From Octopus sinensis (taxonomy: Eukaryota), in assembly GCF_006345805.1 (NCBI RefSeq), contig NC_043000.1:119226001-119290000 (forward strand): a stretch of DNA of 64,000 nucleotides. Reading direction: 5' to 3'. The notes under the pieces were generated by a model. The model saw only the letters and a program-made list of their open reading frames with translations. It ran no database searches and had not been told where the DNA came from. Numbering within the stretch: the stretch's first letter is position 1; the number at the start of each line of letters is the position of its first letter. Made by a program: the position numbers and the translations under genes. This document shows positions 38,371-50,667 of the stretch, piece by piece.

Positions 38371-39279
38371 GTTTAAACATAACCCTCTCCACAATGTATT
38401 ACATGGGATTGGGGTTGTTCTAAATATGTTCAACAAGCATAAACCTCTGTTATTTTCATTTCCAGGTTTATGGTACCGAAACCTTGGCTCTAACCTACGT
38501 AACAGGCTTTCTACCACATCGGCTTGAACTTTTTCAAATTTCCTTTCCGTGGGCATGTTGCAGTCCCGATTAATTTTCAATGAGAAACAAAACTACTTCT
38601 CTGTTCTCTTTCCCCTCTTCTCGACAAACTCGTCTACCCAAGAATCCTTGTCTTTCAAGGCCTACCTTGAAAGACATTAAATCTAGTTTCCTCTTGTTCC
38701 CAGTTACGCCGGCAAAAAACGCTTTTGTTTTGATTTGTGTGTGATCAACGATTGCCAAGTTTTCCGTTGCTGCGCTATTATTTATTTCGTTAGCAGTGAA
38801 AGAGATCATGTAATTTTTTTTGTAACTCTAGTGTTGTCACAATCGACATTTCTCAAGTTGACTTTTTTCTTTATCTTCTTTTCAAACTCTTATTTTACTC
38901 TTTTGTTCATTTTCTTTATAATTTTTTTTTATTGAATGAAGGAGTGTTTTCTTTACAATCGTTTATTTACGCAAGGCTACGGTCTCAACCGTAAGATTCT
39001 CTTCCCCCTAACATCATGGAAAACACTGTGTGTTGCATTTTTTAAAAATGTTATCCCAGCCAGAAATGTTTTAAATGACAAAAAACAAAAATCCCTTATT
39101 TTACCTCACTCCACCTCACATCACTCCACACCAATGTGAATGAGAAAACAGGACATTTAACACGAACTTCTGCTTGAAACAGTTTCAGGTAAACAAAAAC
39201 AGTAAAACATGCTTCACAAATAAAACCTAAAACCGAATCGCCAAACGAAACGAAATCAACAAATCCAAATAATAATAGC

Positions 39280-40472
39280 CCTTCCTACTATAAGCACGAG
39301 ACCTGAAATTTTGGGGTTAGGAGGGCTAATCGATTGCAGAGTGACCCCAGTGTTCGATTGGAACTTAATTTTATCGACTCGCAACGATGAAATATTAAGA
39401 CAACCTCGGCGGAATTTGAACTCAGGACGTAACGGCAGACGAAATACCTATTTTTTACTACCTACAAGGGACTAAACACAGAGGAGACAAACAAGGACAG
39501 ACAGAAGAATTAAGTCGATTATATCGACCCCAGTGCGTAACTGGTACTTAATTTATCGACCCTGAAAGGATGAAAGGCAAAGTCGACCTCGGCAGAATTT
39601 GAACTCAGAGGAGGGAGCACTCCGTCGGTTACGACGACGAGGGTTCCGGTTGATCCGAATCAACGGAAATTAACGTGTAAGTGGCTGAGCACTCCACAGA
39701 CACGTGTACCCTTAACGTAGTGCTCGGGGATATTCAGCGTGACACAGAGAGTGACAAGGCCGGCCCTTTGAAATACAGGTACAACAGAAACAGGAAATAA
39801 GAGTGAGAGAAAGTTGCGGTGAAAGAGTACAGCAGGGATCACCATCATCCCCTGCCGAAGCCTCGTGGAGCTTTAGGTGTTTTCGCTCAATAAACACTCA
39901 CAACGCCCGGTCTGGACATCGAAACCCCGATCCTATGACCGCGAATCCGCTGCCCTATGTTTGAACTCAGAACGTAGCGGCAGACGACATACCGCTAAGC
40001 ATTTCGCCCGGCGTGCTAACGTTTCTTATTTCTTTATTGCCCACAAGGGGCTAAACATAGAGGGGACAAACAAGGACAGACAAACGGATTAAGTCGATTA
40101 CATCGACCCCAGTGCGTAACTGGTACTTATTTAATTGACCCCGAAAGGATGAAAGGCAAAGTCGACCTCGGCGGAATTTGAATTCAGAACGTAGCGGCAG
40201 ACGAAATACCGCTAAGCATTTCGCCCGGCGTGCTAACGTTTCTGCCAGCTCGCCGCCTTAATAATCCTTTCTACTAAAGGCCTGAAATTTTGGGGTAGGA
40301 GACTAGGCAATCACGTCGACTCCAGTATTTCACTGGTACTTAATTTATGAACTCCCGAAAGGCTGAAAGGTAAATCGACGTCGGAAGAATTTGATCTCAG
40401 AACGTAAAGACGGACAAAATACCTCTAAACATTCTGTCAGACGTGGTAACTATTCCGCCAGCTTGCCGCCTT
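39280..40472 (-). mobile_element. Cluster of family B SINEs with a nested family C SINE (39617-39956)
   Basis: The family C copy is flanked by a duplicated tttgaactcaga (39598-39609 and 39960-39971). Confidence 0.75.
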
Positions 40473-40499
40473 GTAATTTATATATTTTAATTTATATGC

Positions 40500-40862
40500 T
40501 GTGGAGGCGCGTGGCTTAGTGGTTAGGGTGTCAGCATCATGATCGTAAGATTGTGGTTTCGATTCCTGGATAGGGCGACGTGTTGTGCACCCTTAACGTA
40601 GTTCTCGGGGATATTCAGCGTGATACAGAGAGTGACAAGGCCGGCCCTTTGAAATACAGGTACAACAGAAACAGGAAGTAAGAGTGAGAGAAAGTCGTGG
40701 TGAAAGAGTACAGCAGGGATCACCACCTTCCCTGCCGGAGCTTCGTGGAGCTTTAGGTGTTTTCACTCAATAAACACTCACAACGCCCGGTCTGGGAATC
40801 GAAACCGCGATCCTGAGACCGCGAGTCCGCTGCCCTAACCACTGGGCCATTGCGCCTCCACT
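40500..40862. mobile_element. Two tRNA-like SINE heads fused in opposite orientation
   Basis: A + strand head at 40500-40590 is joined to a - strand family C body and head at 40590-40862. Confidence 0.6.
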
Positions 40863-41309
40863 TTATAAATTGTATGATATAGCTCGAGATAAACTATTCC
40901 TGGAAATGAAAACACATAAAGGGTTTGCTCAATCCGAAGCAGTCTGAGGTTAAACGAAAAAACAAAAAATTAACTAGAACATAAGGTTAATTTATTAGGA
41001 AAAACATTTGACACGCGGCTGTTATTGATCTAATTGCCCTCGACCGTTGTCTAAACCCCGCTCTGGAGAAACAAGATTTCTGTTTTAGGCGCGAGACCCA
41101 ACAATTTTGAGACCCCAGTACTTGACTGCTATTTTATTTTATCGACCCCGCAGAGATGAAAGGCAAATCTGACCTCAGAGAGATTTGAACTCAGAACGTA
41201 ATGAGTCGGAGCAAATACCAGAAAGCGTTTTTTCGTTACTCTAACGATTCTGCCAGCTAGCTGCTTGACCCTGGAGTAATTAAGCATTGTCTCGACTCTT
41301 AGAACTCAT

Positions 41310-41545
41310 AGGCCGGTCACCCGGCTTCCATAACATATAAGTGACCGAAACCAGAATATTCCCCCTGGATGCGACGCCAGTCTGTTGCAGGGTTACTCAT
41401 CTACAGCTGAGTGGACTGGAACAACATAAAATGAAGTGTTTTGCCCAAGATCATAACGTGTCACCCAATCAGGGAATCGAAACAATGAACTTGTGATTGT
41501 GAATGCAACACCCTAACCACTAAGCCATTCAGCTTCACATCTTGG
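41310..41545 (-). mobile_element. tRNA-derived SINE, another family
   Basis: Minus strand: gtgaagctgaatggcttagtggttagg...gtttcgattccc...cttgggcaaaacac...ccagtccactcagctg. Confidence 0.6.
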
Positions 41546-41649
41546 GGTGATTATTCTTTCTTTTTTTCACAAAAGGCCAGCAATTTTAGGAGGAAGAGGT
41601 AAGCCGATTATAGTGACCCCTGTGTCGAACTGGTATTTATTTTATCAAA

Positions 41650-41885
41650 GCGGCGAGCTGGCAGAAACGTTAGCACGCCGGGCGAAATGCGTAGCCGTAT
41701 TTCGTCTGCCATTACGTTCTGAGTTCAAATTCCACCGAGGTCGACTTTGCCTTTCATCCTTTCGGGGTCGATAAATTAAGTACCAGTTATGTACAGGGAT
41801 CGATGTAATCGACTTAATCCGGTTGTCTGTTTTTGTTTGTCCCCTCTGTGTTTAGCCCCTTATGGGTAGTAAAGAAATAGGTATT
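41650..41885 (+). mobile_element. SINE family B
   Basis: Family B consensus motifs. Confidence 0.85.
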
Positions 41886-42551
41886 TATTTTATCGATTCG
41901 AAAGCTTAAAAGGTTTAAAAGGCAAAGTCAATCTGTGCGATATTTAAACTCAGCCCCGTGGAGTAATCAAGGAAATATATTCAATCTTTAGTAGTTCTTG
42001 AACTTGCAACTTTGGCGAATAAGGATAAAATACTTCCATCAACCCATCCTTCTTTTCTGCATTGTTTCTGGAAAAACAAATGTAAACAAATAATCGTATC
42101 AGTAGACATGCATTGGCATGTTTCATGTTGATAATAGGGAAACAAGTTTCCTTTAAGGATTGCCGGAAATTCAAAGGAGATTCCAGAACAACAAGGAAGT
42201 ATGCAAGAATTTTTGTATTGTTGTTTGGTTTGAGACTTGATGACAAATAAGCGGATGTTTTGCTTTAGATGCTTATTGTTAAACATCTGATAACGCTGAT
42301 GTGCAAGAATCGATTACGCGTCTGATAGAACGATTTGCGATACTCAATTCCATCGCTTTATATCATGAGTTCAACTACTGTTTGGTTGGAGTTTGATTGA
42401 GGGAGAGTTTACAAAAAAAAAAAAAAAAAAAAAAAACCAAATGGTGTACAAAAAGGAGAGAGAAAAAAGGAGAGAAACAAGGAGAGAAAAAAATGTGTGT
42501 AGTGGTTAACGATCAATCATGGGGTTTGATTGTCCTGTTTTCACTCTAGAG

Positions 42552-42890
42552 CAGTGTTTCCCAACCTATTTTCTAGTGCCCCGCTTTTTAATAACAAAAA
42601 ATCTGGCGCCCATCAACGGTTTTCTTTCTTTTTTTAATATAGAAACACGATTTTTAATTCAATTACCTGGCTGACGGATACCTCGACTCATTTAGTGAGA
42701 ACCCTTGCCTGGTGCATACGGCACAGATCCTTGATTTGACGAAACAATTTCGTTAACTTCAGCCGTATATCGCCACGTTTTGTAATTTCAAGCCGGCTTC
42801 ACTCGGCTTCCAGCAAATTGTCAACTGTATTGAATCCAAATTCGACCAAATAGAACGAAGGAAAATGAATCAATAGTATTCTTGGACAAT
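42552..42890 (-). mobile_element. hAT (Charlie/Buster-type) transposon, right-end remnant
   Basis: TIR CAGTGTTTCCCAACC preceded by CTCTAGAG. Minus strand encodes HFPSFYLVEFGFNTV...RLEITKRGDIRLKLTK...HQA (hAT dimerisation domain). Confidence 0.75.
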
Positions 42891-42999
42891 AGATATTGAA
42901 ACAGAGAAACAAGCGCCAAACAAATGCAGATACCTCACTCGGTACACTGATTGGTCGTAGCTAAGTCGATTCCCATGGTTTAAGTATAAATATTCTCTT

Positions 43000-43905
43000 C
43001 TATTCTAGGTACAAGGCCCGAAACTTTTGGGGAGGGGGATAGTCAATTAGATCAACCCCAGTACGTAACTGGTACTTAATTTATCGACTTCGATAGGATG
43101 AAAGGCAAAGTCGACCTCGGTGGAATTTGAACTCACAACGTAACAGCAGACGAAATACCTATTTCTTTACTGCCCACAAGGGGCTAAACACAGAGGAGAC
43201 AAACGGATTAAGTCGATTATATCGACCCCAGTGCGTAACTGGTACTTAATTTATCGACCCCGAAAGGATGAAAGGCAAAGTCGACCTCGGCGGAATTTGA
43301 ACTCAGAACGTAGCGGCAGACGAAATACCTATTTCTTTATTACCCACAAGGGGCTAAACACAGAGGGGACAAACAAGGACAGACATAGGTATTAAGTCGA
43401 TTACATCGACTCCAGTGCGTAACTGGTACTTATTTATCGACTCCGAAAGGATGAAAGGCAAAGTCGACCTCGGCGGAATTTGAACTCAGAACGTAGCGGC
43501 AGACGAAATACCTATTTCTTTATTACCCACAAGGGGCTAAACACAGAGGGGACAAACAAGGACAGACATAGGTATTAAGTCGATTACATCGACTCCAGTG
43601 CGTAACTGGTACTTAATTTATCGACCCCGAAAGGATGAAAGGCAATTCGACCTCGGCGGAATTTGAACTCAGAACGTAGCGGCAGACGAAATACCTATTT
43701 CTTTATTACCCACAAGGGGCTAAACACAGAGGGGACAAACAAGGACAGACATAGGTATTAAGTCGATTACATCGACTCCAGTGCGTAACTGGTACTTAAT
43801 TTATCGACCCCGAAAGGATGAAAGGCAAAGTCGACCTCGGCGGAATTTGAACTCACAACGTAAGCATTTCGCCCGGCGTGCTAACGTTTCTGCCAGCTCA
43901 CCGCC
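43000..43905 (-). mobile_element. Tandem array of family B SINE units (period about 183 bp)
   Basis: gaaatacctatttcttta recurs at about 43152, 43322, 43505 and 43688; there is a single head at about 43905. Confidence 0.92.
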
Positions 43906-43919
43906 TTTTCGCCGCATTG

Positions 43920-44123
43920 ATAATAATGATAATCCTCGAAATTTTTAGGGAAGGAACCAGTCGATTAGATCGACCCAGTACGTTAACTTGTACTTAACTT
44001 ATAGACCCCGTAAAGATGAACGGCAAAGTCAACCTAGGTGGAATTTGAACTCAGAACGTAGCAACGGGCGAAATACTGCTAAGCATTTCGTCCAGCGTGC
44101 TAACGATTCCGCCACCTTACCGT

Positions 44124-44190
<67 letters not shown>

Positions 44191-44935
44191 TCCTTTCTAC
44201 TATAGTCAGAAGGTCTGAATTTTTTTGGGGGGGAGGGTCTAGTCGATTACATCGATATTGGTGTTTCACTGGTACTTAATTTACGGACCCCGTAAGGATG
44301 AACGGTAAAGTCGGCCTCGGCGGAATTTGAACTCAGAACGTAGCAACGGGCGAAATACCTATTTCTTACTACCCACAGTGCGTAGCTGGTACTTATTTAA
44401 TCGACCCCGAAAGGATGAAAGGCAAAGTCGACCTCGGCGGAATTTGAACTCAGAATGTAGCAACGGGCGAAATACCTATTTCTTTACTACCCACAGGGGG
44501 CTAAACACAGAGAGGACAAACAAGGACAGACAAACAGATTAAGTCGATTATATCGACCCCAGTGCGTAACTGCTACTTATTTAATCGACCCCGAAAGGAT
44601 GAAAGGCAAAGTCGACCTCGGCGGAATTTGAACTCAGAACGTAGCGGCAGACGAAATACCGCTAAGCCTTTCGCCCGGCGTGCTAACGTTTCTGCCAGCT
44701 CACCGCATTAATAATAATAATAATCCTTTCGACTATAGTCAGAAGGCCCGAAATTTGGGGGGAGGGGCGAATCGATTACATCGATCCCAGTTTTTCATTG
44801 TACTTAATTTACGGACCCCGAAAGGATGAACGGTAAAGTCAACCTCGGCGGAATTTGAACTCAGAACGTAGCAACGAGCGATATACCGCTAAGAATTTCA
44901 TCCAGGGTGGTAACCATTCTGTCAGCTCGTCGCCC
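43920..44935 (-). mobile_element. Further family B SINEs and concatemers with (TAA)n tails
   Basis: Repeated family B motifs separated by taataat runs. Confidence 0.8.
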
Positions 44936-46285
44936 CCAAATCTTTCTAATAATAAGACAAAATAGACAATAATCATTAATCACAAAAATAATATATGCAA
45001 CCGCAGTAGGAGGCTTCGAGACACCTGCTTCCACAATTAAGATTTTAGAACAGGTTTGCTCCTACGTCAATAGCAATGGGCGGAAGGTATACCGTCTGAA
45101 TAAACATATTTGGAAAATTCCCAAGGTGTAATAACCACTGATTCTACCAAATATAGTCAAGAATGTATATAGAATTATTCTGAAGAATATATACATAACT
45201 TACACTCTACGGTATTTGACTATGCAAGCTATCAAATGTACAGACTAACATATGTGCGTATGTATGTGTGTGTGTATGTATGTATGTATGTATGTATGTA
45301 TGTATGTATGTATGTATGTATGTATGTATGTATGTCAGGTCACTTTCGAGTGCTACTGGTAACATGTAACCCAGTACAACCTGTTGCATGGTCGGGTCGT
45401 CGGCGACTAAACCGGCAACCCCACCAAGCTTGCTTGGTGAAGAGGGCGTTTATTGGACACCCTGCAGGATGAAAAACAAAACCCGTCAAAGGGCATAGGA
45501 ACTCTTGAGAGTCAACGGCCATCCAATAAATGTCTTAAGGCTGTATCATGCGCGGGGACATAGAAATAATCGGACTGAATACCCGATCGCGCGGTTAAAC
45601 CATTGGGAGTGAAGGACTCCTACCCTTTGTTAGGGCATCCTTCTAGGAGAATGTAACTCAGGTAACTGGGATAACTCCGACATAAAACCTGTGGCTCAGT
45701 GGTTACCGATGATGTTGACTTGTTCTTCATTTCGGATTATGGCTGCTATTGCTTAGTGAGTGGGATTGACTCAGTGTACAGCCTTTCCTCACTTTAAAAA
45801 AAAAATCTTCTTGCACAGGCATTGCACGATAACACCATTGATTAAGCTTCGTGGAATGGCCATACTCGATAACGAGGGGGCATCCACCATGTATGTATGT
45901 ATGTATGTATGTATGTATGTATGTATGTATGTATGTATGTATGTATGTATGCATGTATGTATGTATGTATGTATGTATGTATGTATGTATGTATGTATGT
46001 ATGTATGTATGTATGTATGGGCAGATTTGTATGTTTTATGTATGTTGTATTTATGTCATTATTCAGTTTTATTTCAAAATTTCTTGTCAATAGAGAAAGA
46101 ACCGGTTTCTAACCTAGATTCAAGGCTCTCTCATTGGGATTTGAACATCAACAACAGGGTTTTATTGTATGTGTGGATGTATGTCATTATTCGGTTTATT
46201 TCAAGATGATAAACAGGGTATTTTGTATGTATGTATGTATGTATGTATGTATGTATGTATGTATGTATGTATATATGTATGTATG

Positions 46286-46319
<34 letters not shown>

Positions 46320-46401
46320 CGTACGTACGTATGTATGTATGTATGTATGTATGTATGTATGTATGTATGTATGTATGTATGTATGTATGTATGTATGTAT
46401 G

Positions 46402-46993
46402 TGCAGATTTGTATGTTTTATGTATGTATTCTCATGCATATAGTTGCATATCTAGACATGCTCGTATATATTTAAATGATAAACTTCTGGAAAGTTTTAT
46501 AGATTTTTACAGTTCCAGTGATGGATTGGATCTATAGTCTTCGAATTAGCTTTCCCTTTCCTGGTTTTGAGAAGCCTAGTTTCTCAAGATTGGTATTTAG
46601 GCAGTGTGTTACATATCCCAGGGCCCCAATAATTACAGATATAAACCTGAACTTGTAATCTGGATACAGTAACTGCAGATTTCTCAATAGTTCAGCATAG
46701 GTATTCTCTTTTTCACTGATCTTCAGCTTTATGTTAACATCTGCTGGGCAGCTAATTTCCACAACTGTGCACAGTTTCTCTTCTCTGTCCCAAATCATTA
46801 TACCAGGTCTGTTGTGCTTACATTTTATTGAAGTCTTCACTGGTGCATTTCACCAACATTCCTTTTCATTATGAGTAGCTATGGCTTCTACCATATTGTG
46901 GGTTCTTATTTCTTTGTCCTCGGGATTATCCATCGGACAGATTTCATTATACAGTGTCCTAGCTACAACGTCATGTCTCATCGGTAGATAATA
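46402..46993 (-). mobile_element. 5'-truncated R4/Dong-type LINE 3' end, second lineage, in (TATG)n
   Basis: YYLPMRHDVVARTLY...KHNRPGIMIWD...VEISCP...IIGALG (REL endonuclease), then a 3' UTR and (CATA)n. The microsatellite lies on both sides. Confidence 0.85.
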
Positions 46994-47029
46994 CATATGT
47001 ATGTATGTATGTATGTATGTATATTCTTT

Positions 47030-47327
47030 TATTTCTTTCAGTCATTTGAGTGTGGCCATGCTGGAGCACCGCCTTTAGTCGAACAAATCGACTCCAAGAC
47101 TTATTCTTTGTAAATTTAGTACATGTTCTATCGATCCCTTCTGCAGAACCGCTAAGTTACGGGGACTTAAACACACTAACATCAGTTGTCAAGCGATGAT
47201 GGTGGGGGAACTAACACAGATCCAAACATATACAAACACACACACACACACATGTATATATGTATATTATACGACTGGCTTCTTTCAGTTTCCGTTTACC
47301 AAATCCACTCACAAGGCTTGGTCTGTC
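47030..47327 (-). mobile_element. SINE family A, cut by the gap
   Basis: Reverse complement of the family A tail and body. Confidence 0.8.
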
Positions 47328-47427
47328 NNNNNNNNNNNNNNNNNNNNNNNNNNNNNNNNNNNNNNNNNNNNNNNNNNNNNNNNNNNNNNNNNNNNNNNNN
47401 NNNNNNNNNNNNNNNNNNNNNNNNNNN
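47328..47427. other. Assembly gap (100 N)
   Basis: Run of N. Confidence 0.99.
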
Positions 47428-47576
47428 AATCCATATTTTTATTGGTTCTTCTTTTATCTTGCTCGATTACGTTTTGGTTATTTTGCTGAATTTTTGTTGA
47501 GAACATTTCTTAGTGGAAGACCTAGCGGATCTATTTCTAGCATAAGGGTGTCCACGTAGTGTTTCCCTCTAATATG

Positions 47577-47619
<43 letters not shown>

Positions 47620-47924
47620 TACATATATATATATATATTGACCTACCACAAATGGCTAATATAAGTAAAATGAGACATACTTATCTGCATGGCCGAACAA
47701 CTGTAAGATGTAGTATATATTTATATTTATATTCACTTATATTTATATTCTCTTATACATATTGTACTTATTGTATCACATTACTCCTTTATGTACACTG
47801 TTTTGTTCTACAATATTATGTTTGACATTAAAGTTTCTTATGTGGTGTTTTAATAAAGTATGTGATTGGGTATCATCTGGTAGTGGATATTTGATTTGGA
47901 TGTATTTCTCCCATTTTCTTATTT

Positions 47925-47963
<39 letters not shown>

Positions 47964-48093
47964 TATATATATATTAGCAATTAAGGACAACTACTTAATA
48001 AGGAAACTTAACAAGAAATTGTCAGGTAGATAGCGTGAGAACCTCATAAGGAGAAAAAATTTCGAAAATAATTATTTCTTATTGAACATATTA

Positions 48094-48408
48094 ATTTATA
48101 TAGAGGGCATTATACATACATGCCAGAAGGCATTATACATACAAGCCACACGCTAAGAGGGGACAATTAGTCATTTCTACCAAAATATTACTAATCCCAC
48201 CGAATGCAATTTTTCAAAGTAAGACATTTAAAAAATATATAGACCTGTGATACAGGTCTATATATTTTTTAAATGTCTTACTTTGAAAAATTGCATTCGG
48301 TGGGATTAGTAATATTTTTGGTAGAAATGACTAATTGTCCCTCTTAGCGTGTGGGCTTGTATGTATAATGCCTTCTGGCATGTATGTATAATGCCTCTAT
48401 ATATAAAT
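48094..48408. repeat. Near-perfect palindrome with arms of about 155 bp and a 3-nt loop
   Basis: Centre agacctgt-gat-acaggtct at 48241-48259; related in sequence to 10985-11412. Confidence 0.92.
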
Positions 48409-48546
48409 ATATATATAATATATATATATACATACATACATATATATATATATATACATATATATATAATTATATATATACATATATATATATGCGGTGT
48501 GTGTGGTGTTGTGTGTATGTGTGTGTGTGTGGGTGTGTGTATTGTG

Positions 48547-48855
48547 GTGGAGGCGCAATGGCCTAGTGGTTAGGGCAGCGGACTCGCTGTCGTAGGATCG
48601 CGGTTTCGATTCCCAGACCGGGCGTTGTGAGTGTTTATTGAGCGAAAACACCTAAAAGCTCTACGAGGCTCCGGCAGGGGGTGGTGATTCCTGCTGTACT
48701 CTTTCACCACTCTTTCTCCCACTCTTCCTTCTGTTGGCCTGCTCGCTTAGCCAGTGTGCTGGCGTCATTCAAAGGCTAAAACAATGCGAACGCATTGTGA
48801 CCAGCGATGTGTAACAACATCTGATAGCCTGGTCGGTCACGGTGATCACGGTGAT
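48547..48855 (+). mobile_element. SINE family C, tail type 2
   Basis: tRNA-Arg-like head; the tail ggcctgctcgcttagccag...ggtcacggtgat is shared with 54302-54600. Confidence 0.85.
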
Positions 48856-48856
48856 A

Positions 48857-48945
<89 letters not shown>

Positions 48946-49209
48946 TTAATCCAAAAATGAAAACACAAAGAGAAAAAGCTACAAGCTGGAACAAGTATAA
49001 TGTTATTGACGCTTAGAAAAGGAAAGAAAGAAGGAGGATTTAACGTTTGGAGCGGAGCTCTTCGTCAGAAACATAGAAAAAGGAAAGGTCCAAAGATATA
49101 TATAATTTTAAAATGAGGGCGAGAAATTAGAAATTAATTTAATTAACATCGATTTCACACCAGTGGTCTAGCATATAAAAAAAAATGAAGGTTCAGTAAA
49201 ATTGTACTA

Positions 49210-49651
49210 TGTGGACACCCTTATGCTAGAAATAGATCCGCTATGGTCTTACCACTAAGAAATGTTCTCAACAAAAATTCAGCAAAACAACCGAAACGTA
49301 ATCGAGCAAGACGAAAGAAAAAGCAATAAAAATATGGATTATTTGCAAACATGTTTCACTTTTAACATATTACATAATTTTACTTGCATAAATATCCGTA
49401 GATCGTCGGTGCGAAAGTCCAAAGGCCACTGCAGTAAAGTATTATCTGCAGCATCAGTTTTTCCGGTAATTTAACGCGTAAAATTACGTAATATGTTAAT
49501 AGTGAAACATGTTTGCAAATAATCCATATTTTTATTGCTTCTTCTTTTGTCTTGCTCGATTACGTTTTGGTTATTTTGCTGAATTTTTGTTGAGAACATT
49601 TCTTAGTGGTAAGACCATAGCGGATCTATTTCTAGCATAAGGGTGTCCACG
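49210..49651. mobile_element. TA-flanked fold-back MITE with TIRs of about 180 bp
   Basis: TA|tgtggacacccttatgctagaaatagatcc ... ggatctatttctagcataagggtgtccacg|TA. A copy of the right arm lies at 47428-47557. Confidence 0.85.
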
Positions 49652-49670
49652 TATATATATATATATATAC

Positions 49671-49748
<78 letters not shown>

Positions 49749-50035
49749 TATATATAATATGTATATATAACATAAGGGGATCACCATCTGAATGTGGCTA
49801 GGGTCAGGGCGGGGTGGTGGGGGTGTTACTGATGCATTTAGCCCCAGGCGATCATCGACGTCACCAGAAGGGCTGACACCATCTCGGTGAATCCGTTCGA
49901 AACAATAATAAATCTCTGAGCGAGATATAAACAGTAACTGCTCTATAACATAAGGGGGATCAGCCATCTGAATGTGGCTAGGGTCAGGGCGGGGTGGTTT
50001 TGGTGTTACTGATGCATTTAGCCCCATATACATAT

Positions 50036-50078
<43 letters not shown>

Positions 50079-50601
50079 GACGGGCTTCTTTCAGATTTTG
50101 TCTACCTTTGGTGGGCCCGAGGCTAAAATAGAAAATTCTTGCCCAAAGCAGCCACGCAGAGGGATGGAACCCGGGATCATGTGATTGGGAATCATGCGCT
50201 TATATATGTAAACTTCTTAGTAAAATGTTGATAGAAGTCTATGTAAGATGTAGGGCAACTGCTGTGTCGATGAAGCTGTGTGAGGCAGAAACACGTATAA
50301 CACAGTTATAGTCTTGTCTCCAGAAGAAACAGACTATTTCCTAAACACACTCACATTTGTTCATATCCTAAGCTGCATTGTTATTCTTCTGAGTATTGCG
50401 CTAAAATTTCCATGAAATTATGAACACATGCAAACTAAACTTGTAACGAAAACCATTGCGTCTTTATTCATTTCGACAAAATGTATCCAAAAAACCAAAT
50501 TATTTTGAATACGTTATGTGTCTTTTCTTATTTGATTTTTCAAGTAACAAGGTTAATTATGCGTAAGTCTTAAAAACAACAACAACAACAACAACACCAA
50601 C

Positions 50602-50667
<66 letters not shown>

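Noticed and set aside
38344-38809. Minus-strand ORFs faintly resembling a LINE APE endonuclease
   Set aside because: Catalytic motifs are not identifiable by eye.
41950-42286. Two overlapping ~100-aa minus-strand ORFs
   Set aside because: No recognisable motif or convincing splice sites.
43000-43905. Regular repeat array resembling CRISPR
   Set aside because: The units are ~183-bp SINE bodies with no unique spacers, there are no cas genes, and the context is eukaryotic.
45595-45665. Possible HDV-like ribozyme (agg-actcctac-cct ... ggagaatgtaactc)
   Set aside because: I could not find a P1 partner, P2 has a mismatch, and the catalytic C is absent.
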